Notes under the pieces: model-generated | What the model was told of the DNA's origin: nothing | The model's input: the letters and a program-made list of their open reading frames with translations, nothing else | Database searches by the model: none | DNA from: a candidate division WOR-3 bacterium | Lineage (GTDB): Bacteria > Hydrothermota > Hydrothermia > LBFQ01 | Direction: 5' to 3' | DNA length: 27,037 nt | NCBI GenBank assembly: GCA_027050205.1 | Contig: JALUCS010000115.1 | Span: 1 to 27,037 of the forward strand | Shown: piece by piece, positions 17,770 to 25,465 of the stretch | Numbering within the stretch: position 1 is the stretch's first letter | Layout: every line of letters starts with the position of its first letter | Position numbers and translations under genes: made by a program

Positions 17770-17775
17770 TATAAT
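17770..17775 (+). promoter_or_regulatory. -10 box TATAAT, 7 nt before TTG 17783
   Basis: ccctTATAATtccgtacTTG. Confidence 0.6.
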
Positions 17776-17782
17776 TCCGTAC

Positions 17783-18511
17783 TTGCGGCTACCCATAATA
17801 AAGTTGAACGACGTCTACAAATCCTACCGCTACGGCGACAGTAGGATAGAGGTCCTTAAGGGCCTGCGGCTACGGGTCGCCCCCGGCGAGGTGGTCGGTA
17901 TATTCGGCCCCTCCGGCTCCGGGAAGAGTACTTTGCTGCACATAATCTCCACCTTGGACTTCGCCGACTCCGGATACGTGGAGGTCTTGGAGAGGGTCAT
18001 AGAGCCGGACAGCGTCTCCGAGGACGAGTTGGCTATGTTCCGCCGTAGGCACATCGGCATAATCTTTCAGTCCCACAACCTCTTCCCGGAAATGACCGCC
18101 TTTGAGAACGTCTACTTCGCCCTACTTATGAGAGGGCTGTCCCCGAGGAGGGCGAGGGTCAAAGCGACGAACGTCCTTGAGTCCCTCGGCATAAGGGAAC
18201 AGATGCACAAGAACGTCCAGTTCCTCTCCGGTGGGGAGAGACAGAGGGTGGCCGTGGCCCGTGCCATCGCTATGGGAGCGGAGATATACGTGTGCGATGA
18301 GCCTACGGGTGAGCTGGACAGGGAAAACGCCGTCAACCTGATGGAGATACTCGTAGGGTTGGCCAACAGCGGCAAGACCTTCGTCATAGCCACCCACGAC
18401 GACAGGCTCATACCGTACTTTGATACGGTGTATCGCCTTGAGGATGGGGTTTTGCATAGGATAGACAAAAAGGAGGTAAAACATGGAAAGGATGCAGGAG
18501 CTTCTGAATAA
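17783..18511 (+). CDS. ABC transporter ATP-binding protein, LolD/MacB-like
   Basis: Walker A GPSGSGKST, signature LSGGERQRVAVARA, Walker B/D-loop YVCDEPTGELD, H-loop ATHD; no permease adjacent. Confidence 0.93.
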   Translation: MRLPIIKLNDVYKSYRYGDSRIEVLKGLRLRVAPGEVVGIFGPSGSGKSTLLHIISTLDFADSGYVEVLERVIEPDSVSEDELAMFRRRHIGIIFQSHNLFPEMTAFENVYFALLMRGLSPRRARVKATNVLESLGIREQMHKNVQFLSGGERQRVAVARAIAMGAEIYVCDEPTGELDRENAVNLMEILVGLANSGKTFVIATHDDRLIPYFDTVYRLEDGVLHRIDKKEVKHGKDAGASE

Positions 18512-18875
18512 GATGTCCATGGAGTTCCCCGGCTTCTTAGCAGGGGCGATCGTGGACCGGCACGAGGGTCTAACCATCGTGGAGAGCCGTCTGGACGAGG
18601 AGTTTGAGATAAGCATCACGGCGGCCTACAGCGTGGAGTTGGTGCGCGCCCAGAAGAGGTCCCTTGAGGCCCTCGGCCTTGAGGGTGAGGACCCCATAGA
18701 GATCCTGTCCTTCACTAAGAACTACATATTCATATCCAAGCCCCTTGGAGATACCCCCTTCTACCTTCACCTCGTCCTGAAGAGGTCCAAAGCCGTCCTC
18801 GGCCTCGTCTTCGCCTTCTTGAAGAAGTACGACAGGCTCCTCACGGAGGCCGCTCGCGAGTGGCAGGAAGCCTGA
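18483..18875 (+). CDS. Roadblock/LC7-like domain protein
   Basis: SD AGGAGG 18471-18476; 130 aa helix-beta-beta-helix-beta-beta-beta-helix pattern (PGFLAGAIVD...GL; EILSFTKNYIFISKPL; FYLHLVL...AVLGL). Confidence 0.7.
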   Translation: MERMQELLNKMSMEFPGFLAGAIVDRHEGLTIVESRLDEEFEISITAAYSVELVRAQKRSLEALGLEGEDPIEILSFTKNYIFISKPLGDTPFYLHLVLKRSKAVLGLVFAFLKKYDRLLTEAAREWQEA

Positions 18876-18878
18876 TGG

Positions 18879-19664
18879 ATGCTTCGCGGTAAATTTTATG
18901 GTATAACGGATCTCGGAAGGGTCCGTACCCGCAACGAGGATGCTTACCTCATAAACCCCATTACGGGGTTGTTTGCTATTGCGGACGGACTGGGGGGGAG
19001 GAAGGCGGGGGACTTCGCCTCCAACTACGCCCTTGAGGTTTTGGACGAGGAGCTTCAGAACCTGCTTGACGCCGGGTGGCATCCCAAGGAGGCCCTAAAG
19101 GAGGCCTTCATAAGGACCTCCACGAAGGTGTACGAGAGGGTAAACAGCTCCCTTGAGGTCAGGGGGGCTATGACCACCCTAACGGCTATGCTCATAAGGG
19201 AACACAAGTGGTACGTAGCCCACGTTGGGGACACGCGGATCTACCTCGCGCGGGGGAACCACCTCTACCTACTGACGGAGGACGACACCAAGGCCCAACT
19301 CATGGTCAGGAAAGGTCTCCTGTCCCCCAAGGAGGCCCTGAACCACCCCGCCCGGAACGTCCTCGTCAGGGCCTTAGGCTCCCGCTCGGTGGTCAAACCC
19401 CACACCTACGAAGGCTACACGGCCAAGGGGGACCGCTACCTCCTCGCCTCCGACGGCCTGTACTCGTACTTCTCCAACGAGGAGCTCCTACGGTATATGA
19501 AGATGTACGAGCCTAAGCCCCTGCTTGAGCTTCTCCGGGACGAAGCCAACGAACGGGGCGGAGAGGACAACCTCACGGCCGTTGCCATACTCATAACGGA
19601 CGCCCCCCTTATCGCGACCCTCCTCGCCAAGTTCCAGAGCATCACCCTAAGGAGGTTGATATGA
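18879..19664 (+). CDS. PP2C/PPM-family Ser/Thr protein phosphatase (Stp1/PrpC-like)
   Basis: TDLGRVRTRNED, IADGLGG, HVGDTRIY, RALG, LLASDGL, GGEDNLT. Confidence 0.95.
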   Translation: MLRGKFYGITDLGRVRTRNEDAYLINPITGLFAIADGLGGRKAGDFASNYALEVLDEELQNLLDAGWHPKEALKEAFIRTSTKVYERVNSSLEVRGAMTTLTAMLIREHKWYVAHVGDTRIYLARGNHLYLLTEDDTKAQLMVRKGLLSPKEALNHPARNVLVRALGSRSVVKPHTYEGYTAKGDRYLLASDGLYSYFSNEELLRYMKMYEPKPLLELLRDEANERGGEDNLTAVAILITDAPLIATLLAKFQSITLRRLI

Positions 19665-20725
19665 GCCTGATAGGGAAGGTAATTGACGGCAAGTACAAGA
19701 TACTTGAGAAGGTCGGGGCTGGGGGGATGGCCGTCGTCTATAAGGGGGAGCATATCTACCTGAAGAGGCCCGTAGCCATAAAGGTCCTCCCCCCCGACCT
19801 CGCCAAGAACAAGGTCTTCGTTGAGAGGTTCTTCAAGGAGGCCGAGACGGCCTCCCGCCTGGACCATCCCAACATAGTTAAGATCCTAGACTTCGGGGAC
19901 GAGGACGGCCTCCTCTACCTCGTTATGCAGTACGTGGAGGGGGAGACTCTGGAGAGGATACTCCACGCGAGGGGAAAGTTGAGCCTACAGGAGGCCTTGA
20001 GCATAGCCCTCCAGATACTCCCGGCCCTCGGCTATGCCCACGAGAAGGGCATAGTGCATCGGGACATAAAGCCGGGCAACATCATAGTGGACTCCCAAGG
20101 GAAGGCCTACCTCTTGGACTTCGGCATAGCCGCTATGCTTGAGGAGGAGGAGGGGAAGGCGGAGGGTAAGGGCCGTATAGCCGTCGGAACTCCGGAGTAC
20201 ATGGCACCGGAACAGTTCAGGGGTAAGGCCGATGCGAGGTCCGACATCTACGCCTTCGGGGTCGTCCTCTACGAGATGCTAACGGGCAGGACCCCCTTCG
20301 GGGACGCCAAGGACATCTACGAACTCCAGTACAAGGTCCTCCGTGAGGAGGTGCCGCCCACAGGTCTGGGGGAGAAGATAGACGCCATCCTCCGCAAAGC
20401 CATGAACAAGCTCCCTTCCCGTCGTTTCAAGACCGCCTACGAGTTCGCCGAGGCCCTTATGAGCCTACCCGAAGCGAGGGATATAAACCTCCACTCCCTC
20501 CGGCCCATCCGGGCCGTCAAGGTGGAGGAAGAAGATAAGGAAGCGGTAGAGGAGGACGAGTCCGGCGCCCTCCGCAAGATAACCCAGTTCATAGAGCTGC
20601 CGGAGGAGGAGGAGTTTGAGATAAAGGAGAAGGGTTTCCCCTGGGGCCTCCTCGTTGGTTCCATAGCAGTAGCCCTACTGCTCCTCGCCGCCGCTATCTT
20701 CCTGCTCCTTAAGTTCGTCCTCTAA
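19661..20725 (+). CDS. Hanks-type Ser/Thr protein kinase with C-terminal TM anchor
   Basis: GAGGMAVVY, VAIK, HRDIKPGN, DFG, GTPEYMAPEQ, SDIYAFG; acidic linker then a terminal hydrophobic helix; no PASTA. Confidence 0.96.
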   Translation: MSLIGKVIDGKYKILEKVGAGGMAVVYKGEHIYLKRPVAIKVLPPDLAKNKVFVERFFKEAETASRLDHPNIVKILDFGDEDGLLYLVMQYVEGETLERILHARGKLSLQEALSIALQILPALGYAHEKGIVHRDIKPGNIIVDSQGKAYLLDFGIAAMLEEEEGKAEGKGRIAVGTPEYMAPEQFRGKADARSDIYAFGVVLYEMLTGRTPFGDAKDIYELQYKVLREEVPPTGLGEKIDAILRKAMNKLPSRRFKTAYEFAEALMSLPEARDINLHSLRPIRAVKVEEEDKEAVEEDESGALRKITQFIELPEEEEFEIKEKGFPWGLLVGSIAVALLLLAAAIFLLLKFVL

Positions 20726-20740
20726 AAAGGAGGTTGGCTA

Positions 20741-20977
20741 ATGGAAATACGCCCCGAAGACGTCCTGAAGGTCATGGAGGAGGAGTACGGGTACTTCTCC
20801 AAGATCTACAGGGCCTTTGAGAAGAAGGATATGCCGAGACTCTCCCCGGAGGAGGTGGTGGAGAGGTGCCTTACGGCGGCCCAAGAGGAGATAGTCAGGG
20901 GAAAGGGGGAGTCCGTCCTCAAGGCCTACGCCATAAGCGTGGCCGCCCGTATCCTGAAGAAGGTACTGGAGACTTGA
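20741..20977 (+). CDS. Small hypothetical helical protein (78 aa)
   Basis: SD AGGAGG 20728-20733; host-like codons; fills the gap between the kinase and suhB. Confidence 0.75.
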   Translation: MEIRPEDVLKVMEEEYGYFSKIYRAFEKKDMPRLSPEEVVERCLTAAQEEIVRGKGESVLKAYAISVAARILKKVLET

Positions 20978-20986
20978 TTTCCGGGG

Positions 20987-20992
20987 TAGAAT
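20987..20992 (+). promoter_or_regulatory. -10 box TAGAAT, 10 nt before suhB ATG
   Basis: gggTAGAATcccctgcgatATG. Confidence 0.55.
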
Positions 20993-21002
20993 CCCCTGCG
21001 AT

Positions 21003-21773
21003 ATGGAGCTAAAGGACCTGGTGGAGGAGGTGGTACCCGTAGCGAGGGAGGCGGGGAAGATACTCCTCCGGTACTTTGGACGCAGACTCACCGTGGAGAG
21101 GAAGGGGCTAAGGGACATAGTTACGGATGCGGACCTCGCCTCCGAGGAGTACATAAAGGGGGAGTTGGAGAGGAGGTTCCCCAACATACCGTTCTTCGGT
21201 GAGGAGACGGGAGGAGCGGAGGGAGGCATCAGGTGGGTGGTGGACCCCTTGGACGGCACCAAGAACTTCGCCCGTGGCCTTGAGGTCTTCGCCGTCTCCA
21301 TAGCCTTGGTTGAGGACGACCACCCCGTAGCCGGTGTGATACACGTACCCGCCCGCGACCTGACCGTAAGGGCTTGGGAGGGGGGAGGGGCCTACGCCGG
21401 AGACCGGAGGCTAACCTTGGACGAGGGCAGCCCCCTGTCCGAGTCCTTCCTGGCCACCGGTTTCCCCCATGGCAACCCGGAGTTGGTGGACCCGTACGTA
21501 GAGGGGTTGAGGCGGATCCTGAAGAGGGCCATGGCCGTAAGGAGGATGGGCAGCGCCGCCTACGACCTCGCTATGGTCGCCTACGGCATCTTTGACGCCT
21601 TCTGGGAGTTCGGCCTCGCCCCGTGGGATACGGCAGCCGGTGCTGTAATAGTGCGAGAGGCTGGGGCCTTACTCTCGGAAATAGACGGCTCCCCGTGGAA
21701 CATCCACAGCCCGACGATATTCACGGGCAGGAGGGTCCCGTACAACGAAATGCTGGAGATATTCAACGGGTAA
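21003..21773 (+). CDS. suhB: Inositol monophosphatase family protein (SuhB-like)
   Basis: DIVTDAD, GEE, WVVDPLDGTKNF, RRMGSAAYDL, WDTAAG. Confidence 0.92.
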   Translation: MELKDLVEEVVPVAREAGKILLRYFGRRLTVERKGLRDIVTDADLASEEYIKGELERRFPNIPFFGEETGGAEGGIRWVVDPLDGTKNFARGLEVFAVSIALVEDDHPVAGVIHVPARDLTVRAWEGGGAYAGDRRLTLDEGSPLSESFLATGFPHGNPELVDPYVEGLRRILKRAMAVRRMGSAAYDLAMVAYGIFDAFWEFGLAPWDTAAGAVIVREAGALLSEIDGSPWNIHSPTIFTGRRVPYNEMLEIFNG

Positions 21774-21932
21774 AGTCCCATAGATTGACTGTAAGGAGGA
21801 TGGAGACCGATCGGCCCCCAGCGATGAAGCAAAATTTTACCATTTCCTAGTATATAATCTGACTGAATCACTGACATTGTTAAAAAATTTCCTATGAATA
21901 CTCACTTTCCCTAATCTACAGATGATCGCCTA

Positions 21933-21938
21933 TAGAAT
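21933..21938 (+). promoter_or_regulatory. -10 box TAGAAT, 7 nt before ATG 21946
   Basis: taTAGAATcccccctATG. Confidence 0.55.
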
Positions 21939-21945
21939 CCCCCCT

Positions 21946-23013
21946 ATGTTTGAGGGTAAGAACGGGTACGTTGAGGTGAAGTTGGGAGATAGGATCCTCT
22001 ACAGCGGATACTACCTGAACGGTAGGCTCTTTATCCTGTCGGCTCCGGCCCTCGGTAAGGTATGGTACAAGGGACTCTTGAGCGAGGTGGAGTACGAGAG
22101 CGAGAGGTTGGGGAACCCCATGAGGTACGCACACGAAAAGTACGGCGACAGGTACATCAAGCACCTGGAGGCCTTCACGCGGGAGGTCTTAAGGGAGGTG
22201 AAGGAGAGGTTCGCCGGTGAGAACCTCAAGACCAACTTTGTCCCTATGGCGGAGGAACACGTGAGGGAGATCCTCGGTATCCCCCTGCCGAGAAAGGTAG
22301 AGGGGGTGGAGGCGGAGGAAAGCGAGGACGTTGAAGAACTGCGTCTAACCATATCGGCAGATACGCTGGAGGCCCACCTTAAGTCCCTCCACTACCTTGA
22401 CTACTACATCAACGGCAAGGGGACCAAGGAGTTGGCCACCTACTTGGACATCTGCGAGGCGATAAAACACGAGGATACCTCCTTCCTACTCATCCATCCC
22501 CACAGGATAGTCCTCGTCGGCCGTATAGGTCCCGTCCAGTTCGTGGGTGTGGCCCCCGGAATCAAGGTGGCGACTGCAACCCTCCTCTACCTGTACGAGA
22601 AGTGCGGCAGCACGTCCCCCCCATCCCTTGAACGTCTCCCCGTTGGGATATTTCGGGAGGTGGGCATACCGGTGGCCAAGGTGCTTCTAACGGACGAGGA
22701 CAGGGTCAAGATCTCCCTCTTCAGGCACATCGGTACTATGGTGAAGGTGGATAAGGAGGTGGAGACAGACCTTGAGACCTTCCACGAGATGTTTAACAGG
22801 TGGCACGAGTGGATAGACGCCGTCCTCTACCGCCTGCGTCTGACCCCTCCATCTCGGTGGACCAAGCGGGCATGGAGCAAGCTAATAGAGGCCTACCTGG
22901 AGGATTTCCCCCACCCTCTGGACTTTGAGAGGATCCTGAAGGTGGAGGCGTTGAGCGAGGCGGAGATACCCCGCTGTGAGGGTCTCACCCGCCTCTACGC
23001 TTCAGATACATAA
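21946..23013 (+). CDS. Hypothetical soluble protein (355 aa), family not recognised
   Basis: Long ORF with host-like codon usage; start moved from 21922 to 21946 on the promoter layout. Confidence 0.8.
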   Translation: MFEGKNGYVEVKLGDRILYSGYYLNGRLFILSAPALGKVWYKGLLSEVEYESERLGNPMRYAHEKYGDRYIKHLEAFTREVLREVKERFAGENLKTNFVPMAEEHVREILGIPLPRKVEGVEAEESEDVEELRLTISADTLEAHLKSLHYLDYYINGKGTKELATYLDICEAIKHEDTSFLLIHPHRIVLVGRIGPVQFVGVAPGIKVATATLLYLYEKCGSTSPPSLERLPVGIFREVGIPVAKVLLTDEDRVKISLFRHIGTMVKVDKEVETDLETFHEMFNRWHEWIDAVLYRLRLTPPSRWTKRAWSKLIEAYLEDFPHPLDFERILKVEALSEAEIPRCEGLTRLYASDT

Positions 23014-23902
23014 CCCTGTGGTTCCTGAAGAGGAGGATTAAGGTCTTCATACCGGGGGCCAGCCTCTCCTTGTCCTCATCGGGAAGGGAGGCGAAGATGT
23101 CCAACATACCGGCCTTGAGGAGGAAGTTGGCCTGATCCATATACAGGGCGACCCCGAACCCCTCCTCCTTGGCCACCCTCTCTACGTGGGAGAAGTTTAT
23201 GAAGTGGGTTATGTCCGTCCGGGGCCTTACAGCCTCCAGGTCGTAGAGGACCCTGTGTTCCCTGTAGCCCTGGAGGGTTCCGGAGGGGGCTATGGTGGGG
23301 AACTCCTCCTCATCGTAGCCGTAGTCAAAGATGAGGACGCGGTCGGTCTTCCTAAGGATAACCCTCAAGAAGTCTTCCAACCCCTCGGTTTCATCGTACG
23401 TGAAACCCTCCCGGACCGGTCCCCGGTAGTGTCGCGGCCCGTCGGAAGGCACCAAGCCGAACTCTCCCTCCCTCTCAACGACCTCCCACCACCGCCCTTC
23501 CCTGAAGACGTACCTCCTCGGTGGAAAGGCGTCCAAAACCTCGTTCAAAAGGTACGCGTCCGCCTCAACCGGCTCCTCTACCGGCCTCCACCTCCCCTCA
23601 AGGGCGTAATCGCCGAGCAACCTCTCCTGGGCCTCGCGGAGTTTCGGACTCCTCTCGTAGGACAGGACGGTTATGCCGGTGGCCCGGAGTACGTCCAAGG
23701 CGAGGTACCCCTCCCCTCCCCCGACCTCCACCAGGGTTTTCACCCCATCCCTCTCAAGGAACCTACCGACGGTGTAGCCGAAGAGGGGGGAGGCGTGGGG
23801 GGCCGTGAAGAAGTCTCCCCTCTTACCAATCCGGACGTACTTGGTGTAGTACCCATCGGGACCGTAGAGCAGATCCCCTATGATCTCAGCGAGGTTCCTC
23901 AA
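22985..23902 (-). CDS. SAM-dependent methyltransferase, MidA/NDUFAF7 family
   Basis: LYGPDGYY...GDFFTAP...SPLFG, VEVGGGEG, NEVLDAFP, FDYG, DITHFINF. Confidence 0.9.
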   Translation of the reverse strand: MRNLAEIIGDLLYGPDGYYTKYVRIGKRGDFFTAPHASPLFGYTVGRFLERDGVKTLVEVGGGEGYLALDVLRATGITVLSYERSPKLREAQERLLGDYALEGRWRPVEEPVEADAYLLNEVLDAFPPRRYVFREGRWWEVVEREGEFGLVPSDGPRHYRGPVREGFTYDETEGLEDFLRVILRKTDRVLIFDYGYDEEEFPTIAPSGTLQGYREHRVLYDLEAVRPRTDITHFINFSHVERVAKEEGFGVALYMDQANFLLKAGMLDIFASLPDEDKERLAPGMKTLILLFRNHRVMYLKRRGG

Positions 23903-23908
23903 GGGACG

Positions 23909-23914
23909 ATTCTA
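23909..23914 (-). promoter_or_regulatory. -10 box TAGAAT, 6 nt before TTG of the methyltransferase gene
   Basis: Minus strand gttTAGAATcgtcccTTG. Confidence 0.6.
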
Positions 23915-25098
23915 AACCGGACCTGTCCTGCTACGAAGAACGTTCGCCGACGGTGATGGAGGCGGGGCATAAAATCACAGGGCGTTCGTCAATGATAGTC
24001 CTTACAACAACGTCCGTACGTCAAATCGCCGATTTTGATGGGGGTCAAGGCCCTAATCTCACGCCGAAACGGCGAGGCCCTGCCTTTTGCCGTTCAGGTA
24101 TTTCCCTTATGAGGGATAGACTACCGCCCGCACCTTATCGTTCCGGAATGGTGAAGGGTTCGAAGACTGCGTATTCGCCAAGCATCTCGTTATCCTCGGT
24201 GCGAATTTTAGCGTTGCACTTTCAATAAACGATTGTGGTCATAAACTTTTGGAGATTGTGCCGATGGTTTGGTACCACAAAAGCAAACTTCTGAACGAAA
24301 TTCGTTGTATCATACTTTTAATTCCCGAAAAATTGCACAATTTTATAATGATGGGCCGCCGATATTACAATAGGGTAATCCAAGATAGGGTACGGCACCC
24401 CTCTTCTAAGATCCGGGTATTATGCCGATAGAACGCACATTCAAAAGAGGTTGCATCACTCCGTCCGCAGAATACCGGCTTTCGGATAGCATCATCGGTT
24501 GAGTTGGCCCCCGCTCCTGCCTATGGTACCCAACCGGTACCCGAACTAACCTATCAAGTTCGGAAACTACCGGAATCTTCAACTTCGGGAAGCCTTTCTT
24601 GAACACGATAACCTACCCGGAAGCGAAACCGTACTTAGCCAACCGGTTCAACGGTTCAAACTACGTGCCGTTTGGATGTGTGATTTGCGGTATTTGAGTC
24701 CTCGCCCATGATGTCCCAAACCCTCAATTTCGCCTTTACGTGATAGTGCAGCCTTATCCCTTTAATTTTCCAATGTGATTCATTATCAATAACTTACACA
24801 TTTGGAAGAATTTCTGCGACTCCTTGGACCCAACTACGGTAAAGCAGTAGGTGCATTCGGTGTCGGGCTGATGTTGGAATGGGACGCCTTTGAGTCCCTC
24901 CTGACTGTCTCACTTTTCAAGGTATTTATGTAAAAGTGCGACACCCTCGGTGCGTTGGCGTAAGTTTCCGTCCCGTAGGAGTTGGGCCTTTTCTCCCCGT
25001 TGAGGTGTGCGCGAGTGGGGTACCCTGTCCTCCGGACGGACGTTCAAATTTTTGAAGGCGACCCGCAGCCGATACCGTACAGGATGCCCGGTCTCCCG

Positions 25099-25104
25099 TA
25101 TAAT
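25099..25104 (+). promoter_or_regulatory. -10 box TATAAT, 10 nt before ATG 25115
   Basis: cccgTATAATcccccgtggtATG. Confidence 0.55.
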
Positions 25105-25114
25105 CCCCCGTGGT

Positions 25115-25465
25115 ATGCCCTGGTTGATGGCCTTTTACCTCCACCTTCAGGGGAAGGCGAAGGAGGTTTTCACCTACGACACCGTCAAGGTGGGCTTTGG
25201 TATCCACCTCAAGGGAGAGGGCGGGAAGGTGCGGATCACGGCCCTTAAGAGGCGGGAGGATGGCATATACCTGATGGCCTCATCGGTCGTGGACCTCAAC
25301 AGGACCCCGGAGATTGAGGTCTTCCTCAAACCCACCATGCCCATCTACTCCTCCAACTACCCCTACACCCTCACCGGTGGCGAGGCTCCGGCCGGTATAG
25401 TCCTCATCCAGAACCTGAACGAGGCTCCCTTAAGCCTTACGGACGTGGAGGTAAGGGTGAGATGA
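25115..25465 (+). CDS. Small hypothetical beta-rich protein (116 aa), possibly exported
   Basis: Host-like codons begin near 25115; ATGA overlap with the next gene; the upstream extension to 25007 looks non-coding. Confidence 0.65.
   Translation: MPWLMAFYLHLQGKAKEVFTYDTVKVGFGIHLKGEGGKVRITALKRREDGIYLMASSVVDLNRTPEIEVFLKPTMPIYSSNYPYTLTGGEAPAGIVLIQNLNEAPLSLTDVEVRVR

Noticed and set aside
21793..21850. AAGGAGG followed by a 16-codon ORF (METDRPPAMKQNFTIS)
   Set aside because: No spacing between the SD and the ATG; no other support.
24110..24180. GGTTCGAA followed by CCA, resembling a tRNA T-loop and 3' end
   Set aside because: The T-stem and acceptor stem do not pair; no cloverleaf.
24219..24230. 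Reverse complement ends in ATTGAAAG, like some CRISPR repeats
   Set aside because: Copies are kilobases apart, with no repeat-spacer periodicity and no cas genes.
23915..25098. Possible replication origin in the large AT-richer island
   Set aside because: No clustered TTATCCACA-type DnaA boxes seen and no dnaA-region genes nearby.
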